From Asterias rubens (Eukaryota): a DNA stretch of 64,000 bases. Location of the stretch: contig NC_047074.1 of the NCBI RefSeq assembly GCF_902459465.1, positions 1,426,001 through 1,490,000 on the forward strand, read 5' to 3'. Made by a program: the position numbers and the translations under genes. A model generated the notes under the pieces. The model was not told the origin of the DNA. It saw nothing but the letters and a program-made list of their open reading frames with translations, and made no database searches. Below are positions 39,569 through 58,018 of this stretch, one piece after another (within the stretch, counting starts at the first letter, position 1; every line of letters begins with the position of its first letter).

Positions 39569-40393
39569 GTTTCGATCAGTATGCTCTGATCGTCTTCTGG
39601 ATTGCTTTAGTTAATATTGTTGTGTTTCGATCAGTATGCTCTGATCGTCTTCTGGATTGCTTTAGTTAATATTGTGGTGTTTCGATCAGTATGCTCTGAT
39701 CGTCTTCTGGATTGCTTTAGTTAATATTGTTGTGTTTCGATCAGTATGCTCTGATCGTCTTCTGGATTGCTTTAGTTAATATTGTGGTGTTTCGATCAGT
39801 ATGCTCTGATCGTCTTCTGGATTGCTTTAGTTAATATTGTGGTGTTTCGATCAGTATGCTCTGATCGTCTTCTGGATTGCTTTAGTTAATATTGTTGTGT
39901 TTCGATCAGTATGCTCTGATCGTCTTCTGGATTGCTTTAGTTAATATTGTTGTGTTTCGATCAGTATGCTCTGATCGTCTTCTGGATTGCTTTAGTTAAT
40001 ATTGTGGTGTTTCGATCAGTATGCTCTGATCGTCTTCTGGATTGCTTTAGTTAATATTGTGGTGTTTCGATCAGTATGCTCTGATCGTCTTCTGGATTGC
40101 TTTAGTTAATATTGTGGTGTTTCGATCAGTATGCTCTGATCGTCTTCTGGATTGCTTTAGTTAATATTGTTGTGTTTCGATCAGTATGCTCTGATCGTCT
40201 TCTGGATTGCTTTAGTTAATATTGTTGTGTTTCGATCAGTATGCTCTGATCGTCTTCTGGATTGCTTTAGTTAATATTGTTGTGTTTCGATCAGTATGCT
40301 CTGATCGTCTTCTGGATTGCTTTAGTTAATATTGTGGTGTTTCGATCAGTATGCTCTGATCGTCTTCTGGATTGCTTTAGTTAATATTGTTAT
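39569..40393 (-). repeat. 55-bp tandem array (~15 copies) derived from a hammerhead-ribozyme-like repeat
   Basis: Unit GTTTCGATCAGTATGCTCTGATCGTCTTCTGGATTGCTTTAGTTAATATTGT(T/G)GT. The minus strand reads CAGAAGA-C-GATCAG-AGCATA-CTGATC-GAAAC. Confidence 0.95.
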
Positions 40394-41370
40394 GTTTTGT
40401 GGGTTTTTTTTTAAAGCAAAGGTGGAAATACAAGTATGAAAGGAAATCCATAATTTGTGATTTTCTTTTCTTTTCTTTTGTGTGTCCTCTTTGTTTTTTC
40501 ACACCAAAAAATGTATAAATTAAAGTCAGTTAGTAGAGACAACCTGCCAAGGAAAAAGACATATATAAACATCTTGACAAAAACTAACTCCGTTTTCCTT
40601 TTATTTTTTAATAGGTTAAGTTTGAGCTTGCCCTTCTTGTATTACATAACTAAACCAAAGTGTACAAAACCTAGTAAACATGCTCGGGTTTGCAAGAAGG
40701 TATCAGAGGCAATTGCCCCCCTGGCCATTGACTTGGTGCTTCTTAAAATGTCCTGCAGTACAAATTGACATTGCCCTCTTTGAGGTGGCCTTTACAAAGG
40801 AAAAACTGCCTTGCCCTAACATCAGCAAAGTCCTAGAAATAATTAACTGGTACACCGAATGATCAGTAATTTCAAAGTCATCTTGAACGGGGAGCATGTG
40901 GTGCTGTATTTTTTTCATGGATGAGATTTGAAAATTCCTGAAAATAGCTTAAGGGCTCAGTGCATCAACAGAAATACAAATTTACACGTTCGGACTCCAT
41001 GTAAAATATTCCCTTTCTTCTGCTTTATTTGAAATGACCATTTTGAGATGAAATCCCGAAAAAATCCCGCGCCACTTCTTTTCTGCGAAGATTTTCTTCT
41101 CAAATTGAGAACTACAACATTTTTATATGATTTTCCTTATCTTATGCGTTGTAAAACGAAAATCAGATTTACAAGTCGCCCAATGTCTGAACCGATTTTT
41201 TAGACATTTTTTGTTTACCACTTGATGTCGTCTGCATCTGTCACTGAAGGAACTAAACGAGTGGAACAGATCAACTGGTACCCTGTGCACAATCGGTCGA
41301 GCGGCTTTACAATTTACTGTACATACATGACTTGTTGCTGTGGTAACCAACAAACATCGGAGGGGGATCT

Positions 41371-46844
<5,474 letters not shown>

Positions 46845-47952
46845 CTTGGTTTGGAGCAAAGATCGTATAGACCTTTCTTTTGCAACGTCACAGCCCGAGT
46901 TTTTGCCAACCCAGATTGGAAAACTATGGAAAGCCGTAAGTGCAAATTAAGAAAAGATCGCTATTTTTTGTAACAATGTAACCAAATTTGTTGATTTTGT
47001 TAAAAACAAAACAAATAATTATGAGAGCTATTTTATTTAATTGAAAGTTTGCAGAGAATGCTGAATTTGGTTAAAACATCTCTTTTTAAGATTTAGTGTT
47101 TTACTAACATTCGGCCGACCATGCCAACCAAGGCGGTTTGTTTATCAACAAAAGAAAGGTCTATAGCGCCGCGTAGCGGCTTGGAGTTTACAGCGCGTTT
47201 GGTTGTTTGCGGTTCTCATCTCCAGGTATGACACAATAATAGCAAACGCTGAGCAGCAGCCGTTGCATCGTTGCCGTGCAGCCCGTGTTTTTGCGGCCAA
47301 CCAACTGAAAACTATGGAAAGCTATTTATGCAAAACAGAATTTAAAAAAGCCCCAGTTTGTAACAATGATTGGCAAATATTCAATAAGAGTGTTAAATTT
47401 GTTTAAACAAAGCAACCAATCATGGACGCATTAATGAAACTTTGCAGAATGAATAGCGTGGTTTAATATCAACTCGAAGCGGAATAACATCTGTTGCCTT
47501 CTAATTTAAAACTTCTCTCTACAATCGATAGAATTAAAAAGACAATCGCTAATTGAAAAAGGCACAGCTGTGACCAATCGCCAATAAATATAATGAACAG
47601 GTTGCAAAAACAAACATTTCAAAAGATCTTAAAAACAATCAACTACGCAAAACGGTGTTTGGAAATGGGTTTAAATTCTTCACGTGGCGTCCCGTCGAGG
47701 CGAAGATTGTTGGACATTATACGCATCAGACCGTAACTGAACATTCAAGTTGCTTCGTCTCAACACTTCTTCTGATTTAGTGCGGATGAGTGAAGATACA
47801 AGGCGAAATCCTCTTTCTTTTTTGATACAAAATATAGTGTGTACCGCCGGTGTCTACAGCTTTACGTTCCATCCTGATCACGACAACCCCCCCCCCCCCT
47901 GTCTATATAAAAACAACGGGGAGCTGAAATTGTTTCGCAAAATTTCAATAAT

Positions 47953-49317
47953 ATGAAACTGCACTGTCGTAAGGTTGCCACCAATGGGTTGTTTGTGTTA
48001 ATCGGAGTGCTCGTCGTTGCAACAAGTGGATATCGTGGAGGTCGAGCTAATGGGTTCCCAATAGGTAAGTTAAGAAAAAAAATTATTAGCGTCCCGCCTT
48101 TTTTTTTAAAGGGCGCCCAATCGGCCTGGCTTTTTCGAAAGTAGACGGACTCAAAAGAAGATCTAAAAAAGTGCAAAATGAAGGTTGCCAATCCCGCCCC
48201 GTGTGCTGCCAGGCCGCGCGTGCACATAGATAGGCCCTACACAAAGGCCTATTTCCTTGTTGCACCATCCTTTTATATCAGTATTACAGATGACGTTATG
48301 ATGACGTCATTTCAATACCTCTGAGCATAGAGAGGAAAAGCAATGCTTTTAGTGATGCTCGTGATAATAATGACAACTAAATGGTTATGCATTGTTGTTA
48401 TTGACAGGTCCTCGAGCCCCTGATGCAGACTCGGGCGTTTCCATAGACTGGCAGGGTCGTAACCATGCTGGGAACCTTGACGGAGATGCTGATGGCACAG
48501 CTAAGTATTCGCACCTGGGGACAAACCCTAAACCGGCCGTCGTAGACGGGTGAGTGGTTAAGGGTCTTCAAAATGTAAAATTTCATGCGAAAAGATTGGC
48601 CTGAGGGATTGTGCCGCATAAACTCACATGAGCATCTGCACGGAGTGTGTCATTGGTCTTGGGTTCAAATCCCAATAAGGACCATTTTGATTTGTCTCTC
48701 ATCCCAAATTTGATGAGAAAAGATTATCATGTTAAGTTTGCAATCTCTTATTTTATAGGAGTGAAAATTTCACTATCTTGTCGCTCTTTTGAGAGTGAAA
48801 GGCAATCTATGTCACTTTTTTGAATGAAAATGTTAACGAACTTCATTCTAACTCGAGTTGAAAGTGCCGTCTTTCACTTTAAAAAGATTTGTCCTCCAAG
48901 GGTCTTTGCAAGAGAGATATGGCGGACAAAACTGGTTTTTCACTCATTTACACTAAGAGAGTACATTAAAGCGAGTACACTTATAATATAATAGAATCAA
49001 CAATGGTGCTTAAAATGTAAAAATTTGTTAGTTTCCCTTTTTTAATCGTTCAAATAGCATCAGGTAAAAAAGTACCAAGGACACAAACACAATCGTTTAT
49101 ACTGTTTATTCAACCTCTCTTTTGTTTTCAATTTTATTGCAGTCCGTTGTTTGTTGAAACCAAAGCCAACCTGGACTCGGTAGTCTTTCCCAAACCTGGC
49201 GACCCAAGCATCGCCGGTCAACGTCGCCGGCTCCGGGAAGACAAAACGTCAACACACCGATTAATTTCCAATCATGATATTATAGGAAGCGAAACAGAGT
49301 CCGTTGACTGCCGATGA
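47953..49317 (+). CDS. Orphan secreted-type protein, 3 exons, 142 aa
   Basis: Exons 47953-48064, 48408-48549 and 49143-49317 with strong sites (G|gtaagt, ttgacag|, GG|gtgagt, ttattgcag|). Phases 1 and 2 match and the total of 429 nt is open to TGA. The N-terminus is basic then hydrophobic (LFVLIGVLVVA), like a signal peptide. Confidence 0.72.
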
Positions 49318-51478
49318 CAAAGTTGGAGCGCCGCACAAGAGGAGACGGGCTAGTGATGGAGTAGGGATGTCAGACACTTCGTTCCTTTACCACTTTGTAC
49401 CCTGGACCACTTTGTTCGCTGGACACTTCAGTCTACCTGCAGTACACTAATCCCCATTGTTATTTATCTGCGGGGATATGCGGCGTTTTTTCATGCGTGG
49501 CCTCCATGTGAATATTAATTAGTCAAAAGGGCTTCTGGAGTTCGGTCATTATTCAGCCTTTTCTGAAAAGTCTCAACCAAAATAATGTACCAGTAAATTG
49601 AAACGAAGAGCATATCTGTCGTTGTGTATAAAAACAATCGGTGAAACTCAATTAGTTTTAAATAGAGAAATTTGCACGTAAAAAATTGCTTCAAAAACAG
49701 AGAAAACAAGTCACAAAACACGGAAAATGTTCATGTTATGAATGTCGGCAGCAGTCCCCAATTAGTATGTATGGATAGATTATTTCATATTCTACCTGGA
49801 AATGTTAAAAGCGAGACCGGATCGTTCCTAGTCCAGTCAGGATACAGCAATTTCCACCCGTTAATCCAAATCTCACATTACGAAAAAGTCAACTATTAGA
49901 CAGAATGGTTTTCTTGCACGGGCTGACGATGACATCATCGACTGATAGGGCAGCATGCTGTTTTTCGTAGGCATGGTACCTTGACCACCAAGCCTAAGTT
50001 AGTCAATAACAAAAGCGCCCGTCTATACCATGGGCTGAATGAATCGTCACGCGTTTTGCCAACCCAGATTGGAAAACTATGGAAAGCCGTAAGTGCAAAT
50101 CAAGAAAAGATCGCTATTTTTGGTAACAATGTAACCAAATTTGTTGGTTTTGTTAAAATATAATAGAAAACCTGACTTCCCAAACAATGCATCGTAGCCT
50201 CCCCCATACCCATGTATCGATCACTGTATCAATGACCCATCCACAACGTATTATGCAAAACTACCGCTAAACTGCAGTTCATCCTAAATAACATTTAAAC
50301 ACCAAACAATTACATGATGGTCCAACGTGTGTAATGCACAAATTAATGTTTTAATTCGGCCTCTGGCCGCAAAAACCTTTTATTGTGAATAAACCATTAA
50401 AATGATCGGAATTGGCAGCCAGTGTAAACTTGTTTTTACAAAATTAAACTTTTATTAACTAGGGTTGCAAATATTTTACATCAAATCAAACTTGTTTTTT
50501 TTATAGTAAGGGATTTATTTGGTGATGACGTACTCATAAAGTGATTAACATTTTGAGTTGTTTAGCCGGGACTCAACATATCGTGCCTTTTCAAAAATAC
50601 AAGCCTCGTGAATGCCTGTTTGATGCCTGTTGAATGCCTCTGGAATGTTGAGGTTTAAAGTCGCCGATTTGGTTGACTATATTGTCTAAACATGTAGCTG
50701 GCGATTATCACGTGAGCAGGATGGTCGGCTGGCACTACCAACGTGCGTGGTACAATGATCTTGTCTGTGCAGCCTGTCCGCTTCCAGGACGATGGTACTC
50801 ACTAGTTGAAAATGTACCATTCTGGGAGAGCACGGCCGGTCCGCGTCCAAGCCGCTGATATTCATGACCTGAAAATACAACTTGTTTATTCGTGAGACTT
50901 ATTGTTATACCAACAATAGCGCCCGGCATGGATAGCTCATTGACTTCGCCGCGCTTCAACGCACATGGCCGTTCTTCCGCGGACTGTCCGAGGTCCTTAG
51001 CAACGGCGGTATTTGCTGTCCAGTCCGCAGACTGTCAGCGGAGGAACGCCCGGGACGTTTTGACAAGGCGCCTAAAGAGCCTTCTTGGACAAGGCTTGTA
51101 CTCTGTTGATCTTTAAAAGCGTATTACAGCCAGGTCCAGAACCACCATTATAGCTCGGTGAGTGCATGGACATAATCTTTTGTTTGTTTTGTGTTACAAT
51201 GCATAACGGTGCTTATCGTACTATTGTACTAAAAGCTAATAATATTGTTATCTGTATCCCTGGTGTAAATTGTTACGTCTAGTAATATGGACCTAGTCTA
51301 CCGTCCTTTGGTTGTTGGAAACGTCCGATTAGTTTCTCTGCTCTGTTTACTAAAACAAACACATTCCTCCATGTTTTGAAAGCTGTTGTCGTCAACCCCG
51401 TTCTAGTAAAAGTTTAGTTTTTACCCAAAACTCAACAGTTTCCGTTGTGGTGCATAACCTGATAGACCGGTACAAAGC

Positions 51479-54400
51479 ATGACAACGGAGGAGGCGCCCG
51501 TGGGGTCCGTCGAAGCGGAAGGACGGCCTGACTGTTGGGAGAGGTTTGACGCCTACCGGAAAGAAGTCTACGCCCAGCCCGATGGCGGTCAAGGACTCGT
51601 AAAACTTTACGACAACTTCTCTGAAAATTATAATAAGGCAGGTGTTCATAATGAGGGTACATGATGGAATGTTTGTATTAATGTAAAAAACCAATCATAA
51701 TGGCGTTTTCAGGGATATAGGCCGGTCGGTGTCAAGTGTCCGGCGGAGATGCTGTCCCCCATAATGGACAAAATTAATGTGGGCTGTTTCAAAAGAGGGC
51801 GCTATTATCAGAAGTAGTTTGTACACAGGTTTTTACCCAACCCAAATCCTCCTTATAGAGCTAACACAATTCTAGACTGGTTCCCTGTCTTTATCTGCAA
51901 GGATAAGGACAGGTGTTGGCTTTATCACCTACACATACGTCGTATTTAACTGCGAATCTCCAGAACCATGCATGAAAGCCATGTGAAAACGGTGCGGGGT
52001 TAAAGATGATTCATGGACGTTGCTCAACGGTAGATCTCTGGCGCAGTTAACGGTCATCGAAGTGTGACGTCAGAACCTCCCCATTGAAAAGCACTACGAC
52101 AGTGGCAATTTGATCCACAAACGAAAACGAATTGCGTTCAGGCTACCAAAATCCGTTCACCTTTTCCTCTTTTGTTTCTACTTTTTGTCCTCGTTTTCTT
52201 TTTGTATCGCAGGACTCCGTGGCTATGGGGTACTTGGGACCTGCTAACCTGGCCGCTGTGGCATCGGAGTACGTCACCGATAAGGGAGCCAGGATTCTGG
52301 ATGCGGCTTCCGGTGCAGGAATGGTTGGAGAAGAGGTGATAATTTATTATAGACTGGTCCCATGTCTTTATGCGCTAGGATAAAGACAGGTACTTGCTTT
52401 TCAGAACCAGCGATTTCATTGGGTAAAATGATTTCATTGGCTAAACGTGCAGTGATGTCAGCATTCTGTATCTGTATTTTGATTGGTCCGAAGTGACATT
52501 TTGGCAGCTGCACTTGCGGTCGTCTGCATAATTTTGTGAATCTAGGAGAAAGGTGAAGATGGAAGGGGATTGACCTACAGAGGTCACTCTCTGGCGTTAT
52601 TCACGAGCCTCGAAGTGTGACGTCAGATGTTTAGGCTAGTGAAAAATAACACGAAACACTAAACACATGTTGAAGACTTTTGGACGCTAGGTGGCAGTAG
52701 ACATACTCAGCAATTTTGTAAGGTATCTTCATTATATAATTATGCGGCTCAGGACAAGCTCGACATCTGAAACCAAGGTACTCCTGAGTCGTTCCAAACG
52801 ACTGCAACATTCGATCTTTCGACTCCAGACCAGCATGTCCAGTTGCTCCTTACTGTTTCAGACGTCGAACTTTTCATTTTAAATGTTCATTTTAGTTAGG
52901 CGCCTGTAGCTGTGTCTGGATCGGATTAAGCTATAGTAAACGAAAAGAGTGTGTTTTTGTGTCTCACTTTTGTTCGTCATTTTTTGTTTAAAAAAAAATA
53001 ATAGTGTGGACTAGGAAATAATCGGCAGTTTGTAATACATGAGTTTTTCTTCACTATCATCGAATGAACACTCACGTCTTCCATTTTATGTAAATTAGCT
53101 AAAGGGGCGTGGCTTTACCTGTGTGGACGCCTTGGACCCATCCCAGGATTCACTTGACTATAGCAAACGTCATCATTCCTACACCGAGCATATGCGATAC
53201 ATTGGATGAGCACCAGACTAAAATCAAAGATGGTCAGTAACAAATTTATGGTGCATAACAAAAAATCTGTTGTGCAAACGAAATAAAAAAATCTGAGAAG
53301 AATTGTCTGTGAGTCCAAAGTAAGAATGGCAGTGATGGAGACTAGACAAAATCATGGTTTGAATAATCAAGAAGCCACTAAAACAAACGAATTAAAGTAT
53401 AAAAATTGAAAATAGCACAATCATTTATCGTTTGTCTCCCCTTTAAACACCTTTTTGGTGTCCCGTACAAATATTGTTGCCTGCCTGAATTTTGATGCAC
53501 ACATTGTGTTACCGCAAACCTACAATTAAAGTCTGTTTGATTTTATAGATCAATATGAGGCCGTTGTGATGTGTGGCGCGTTTGGTGTTCCTGGTCACGT
53601 GACTGACATTTGCTTCCCCGAGATCATCCGCATCATAAAACCAGGTAAACGAACATTATTTCAAAATCAACCCCCAATCATGAAAGATGGCGCCATTCTA
53701 AAAAGAAGGACCATTTTTGAAGGGAGGCTTCGTGACGCAAAAGTCAAAGCTCAAGTTTTTGCCAAGCCCAGGTTGAAAACTCAACATGCAAAGCAAAAAA
53801 CAGATGGTCACAGTTTTTGACAATCTCACACAACTATTCAAAACAATAGTGTTTGTCAATTTTTACGTCACGAGACACTTCAATACACCATAGTCATTGC
53901 CCACCCGAACATCGAGAGCACTAGTCCATTGCCTACCCGAACATCGAGAACACTTGTCATTGCCAAGCCTACCCGAACATCGAGAGCACTAGTCATTGCC
54001 TACCCGAACATTGAGAGCACTAGTCATTGCCTACCCGAACATTGAGAGCACTAGTCATTGCCTACCCGAACATTGAGAGCACTAGTCATTGCCTACCCGA
54101 ACAATGAGAGCACTAGTCATTGCCTACCCGAACATTGAGAGCACTAGTCATTGCCTACCCGAACATCGAGAGCACTAGTCATTGCCTACCCGAACATTGA
54201 GAGCACTAGTCATTGCCTACCCGAACATCGAGAGCACTAGTCATTGCCTACCCGAACATTGAGAGCACTAGTCATTGCCTACCCGAACATTGAGAGCACT
54301 AGTCATTGCCTACCCGAACATTGAGAGCACTAGTCATTGCCTACCCGAACATTGAGAGCACTAGTCATTGCCTACCCGAACATCGAGAGCACTAGTCATT

Positions 54401-54745
54401 GCCTACCCGAACATCGAGAGCACCGAGATAGAGTATTTCATAATGAACAATAAATTTCACGTAACTTTGACCCTTTTTTTCTCAATTATCGTAAACAACA
54501 ATCGATGTTCACCTGCCTCCTCTCCTCTCCTAAAACTCACAGATGGCTATTTCTTATTCACTGTCGGTGAACACGTCTTGGAAAAATGGAGTGACAAGCT
54601 GGACGCCGCCATTGACGCACTGAAACAAAGTGGCTCCTGGGAGTTTATAGAATCCCGCAGGGTGGTGTACTTTACGGCATACAACGAAAGGGCAAAAGTT
54701 GTAGTTCTGAGAATCAACAAAAAGTACACTTTCAACTTTGCTTGA
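51479..54745 (+). pseudogene. METTL27/WBSCR27-family class I SAM methyltransferase with one frameshift (pseudogene, null allele or assembly indel)
   Basis: Exons 51479-51637 (GC donor), 52213-52335, 53099-53232, 53549-53644 and 54543-54745. Motif I ILDAASGAGMVGEEL, VDALDPS, YEAVVMCG and IIRIIKP. The total is 715 nt, and exon 3 hits TGA at 53207-09 unless shifted near 53192. Confidence 0.75.
53890..54423. repeat. 31-bp minisatellite, ~17 copies
   Basis: Unit GAGAGCACTAGTCATTGCCTACCCGAACAT(T/C), in the last intron of the methyltransferase gene. Confidence 0.95.
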
Positions 54746-55668
54746 ATTTCAAATTAATCAAAGTTTTACCTAAAGACAATGCCTGTGGTCAGAATGGAAG
54801 ACTTTGGAACGCTAGGTGGCAGCAGACTTACTAGCTGAGTGCAAGAACAATGTAATTCTGCTGCCACCGAGCGTCCAAAACCTTCCCAATAAGTTTTTGC
54901 CACTCAAACCCTAAAATGTATCATTTTTTTTTCAACGATGAAATAATGTCTAAGGAAAGTAAGTAGAACGTGGCTCTACCAGAGAGCAGAAGAGACTTAT
55001 AGATACAGGGAGAAACAATGTCCAATAAAAAAGTCTTACATAGATTGTCTACTAAATATTACATGTTCAATGCTTCTTTATTGACTTTTAGAAATACCTA
55101 TTATCTTTAACAATATAATACACACAATGTACATGAGAACCTGAATTTTAATCACAGAATGAGAAGAAAAACGTAATCATTGTGAGGGGAATGAAGCATT
55201 TTTAGTGGATGCAATTTTATATTGGCTCAGCCCTCAACTTCATGTTGAAGCAAGGATTGTAACCAACAGGCTAGGCCCAAATTCATAAAGCATGTATTAA
55301 GTAAGCACAGAAAACCTTTGCTTAGCAAAAATAGGCTACCAGCCATTAACCCATAATACAATTGCTGTGACTGGTACCCCACTCATTTCTTGCTTAGCAA
55401 AGGAATTTGCTACTTAACAGCTTTATGAAATTGGGCCCTGCTCTCACCAATATGAAAATAATGTTTCTGTCAAAATGAGATCCTGTGTGGGGTGCAGTTA
55501 AGTTTGGATTGTGAACTAAAAATGATTCATAAACGTCATTTGCAAGAGGCAGAAGCCCTCTGTGAATGGACCTTCCAAACCTCATACCTCAGTTTAGTAC
55601 CGAGAAAAAAACATGGTTTCCTCTGTGGTTTACGAAAAACTTTACAGCATTCCAAATTGAAAAGTTAA

Positions 55669-56029
55669 AGATGCTATGTCAGATTTTTGGCCCCAAACAT
55701 TAAAAAATATTTTTTTTTGAGTGAATGGTATTTCAAAGAGTATCACCCGCTCTAATGAAAAAAAGTTTAACTTTTTACTTTTAATGGTCAGGAACCATGA
55801 CAAAACATTAAAACGTTTCTTTTAAAACACATAAGAATTGGTCACGTGATATATTGTCGGGATCCCGACAGAAACTAATTTTGAGCACTTTACTTCACTG
55901 CTACTAATAATTGGCGGACTTTTTCTTTCAAATGAAAGCTTGTAACTTTCTCGACCCCCATCAAAATACCTATTGAATTTTAAATAAAAAAATTTGGGTC
56001 AAATCGGCAAAAAATCTGACATAGCATCT
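55669..56029. mobile_element. Kolobok-like MITE family B
   Basis: Perfect 20-bp TIR AGATGCTATGTCAGATTTTT/AAAAATCTGACATAGCATCT with TTAA at 55665-68 and 56030-33. Confidence 0.85.
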
Positions 56030-57044
56030 TTAAATATAAAGAAATGTACTATCTAGTTGTGTATAATACCAATGGCTGTTTTGATGATCGAATGACCTTG
56101 CAAGGGTTTGAACCTTGGCCCCTTGCATTATCTCATCAACCAATGGAAATACAAAACGTGTTTTACACGCAACCATAACTCTCAGCCAATGGGTCTTTCA
56201 TTGACCTCATCATTGAGGGCGCTGTTTGAGCATATGAACGGGAAAATCGCACACTTTCGGGTCTCACTTTTAAAGTTCGACTATGCATGAAACTCATTAG
56301 GCCTAGAACACCTTTTCACTCATTTTGTGACATTAACTGCTCAATGGGAACCAGTTATTTACAAATAAGAGGTAAAGCCGACACCTGTTGCATGCACCCA
56401 TGAAGGGGGGGGGGTGGTGGCTTGGCACGAATTGATCAATTTGTAACTAGAATATAGTCAGCGCAAATGACACGAGTCTGGACTAGTATTATTTTCTTCA
56501 ATTTTAGGCTTTTTCCCAAACCTTCGCCCAATTATTGTTGTGAGGGAGGGGGCAGCAAGGACGCGCCACTCAAAACCCCTGCCCCATCCCCCATCCCCCA
56601 TCGCGTCCTAAAATCAGATAAGAAAAACACAAATGAATGAGTTGATACTAGCACCCCATCCAATTATGACCTTTCCTCTGCTTGCCCCCACCCCCTAAAA
56701 AAAGAGAAAAGTTACTGGTCACACCACTATTTACGTTTTAGATCTAAAGGACAACCTAAACACCTAAACACAACCCACATGTTAGCCTTGTTCTACCTTT
56801 ATATGTAAAACAGTGACATACTAGTCATACAAGAGGCTTTGACACAGGCTAGTAAATATTCATAGCAACAATTATTATAAAGTTATTCCCTGAGAAGATC
56901 ATGGAGATCGTTTTCAATGTCAATCAATCGCCAAATATAACTTTTTATGACATAATATCTGGCCCTACATGTACATTAACACTGATATCCTAGAAATGGT
57001 ATTACACAAGTATTGACTAGGAGCATAATATTAACTGAATTTAA

Positions 57045-57370
57045 AGGCAGTGGACACTTTTGGTTATTACTCAAGTAATTGTTAGCATAAAAACCTTACT
57101 TGGTAACAAGTAATGGAGAGCTGTTGATAGTATAAAACATTGTGAGAAACAGCTCCATCTGAAGTAACGTAGTTTTCGAGAAAGAAGTAATTTTCGATGA
57201 ATTTGATTTCGAGACCTCAGAATTAGATTGAGGTCCCGAAATCAAGCATCTGAAAGCACACAACTGCGTGTGACAAGGGTGTTTTTTTCATCCATTATTA
57301 TCTCGCAACTTAGATGACAAATTGAGTTCCAATTTTCACAGGTGACAATTAACAATAGTGTCCAGTGTAT
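57045..57370. mobile_element. Kolobok-like MITE family A copy
   Basis: TTAA at 57041-44 and 57371-74 with family A termini. Confidence 0.75.
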
Positions 57371-58018
57371 TTAAGACTGTGCACTAGACTCCCTTGCATA
57401 ACACGTAATGCTGCTGGTACACTGGTATTCTAATAGTATTGTGTGTTTGGTACATCACCTTAACTCTGGGTGGGATAATAAATTGATGAAAACAAAATAA
57501 ACGTGAATGAAATAACGGGAAGAAAAGCATAATACTACAATGTAGCTGTTTCAATTTAAATCAATACAACACTTCGTAATACTGTACTGGCACTGGCAAA
57601 GAATTACTTAATTTTGAAATTTTCTGGGAAAAAAACAAGTGTCTGACTTTACATGCAGTTTATTTGTACAAAAACTATGGCAGGCTCAAGTTTTTTGCTT
57701 TTGCATGAAAAATGTCACAGTTTATTGTTGACAAATTCCTCTGTTGTTAAACCAATACTATCTGGTTATGATTACCCCTACACCAATGCACATTGAGCAC
57801 TTTACACTCGGTACTTTCCCATCTTCAGTGAAAACAAAACCACCAATGGCAAATCACTCGGGTGGGATTCAAACCCACCACCTTTGCTAGAGCAGATTAT
57901 GTCTTACCACTAGACCACCGAGCAAGCCTAGAGGCAGTTTGAACCATCCAAGCAATTTCCCTGTGGATTCCCCCCCCCCCACATGGACATGGGAAACTAC
58001 TGAGTAAACAGTGCTTAA

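Noticed and set aside
39569-40393. CRISPR array
   Set aside because: Head-to-tail identical units without spacers.
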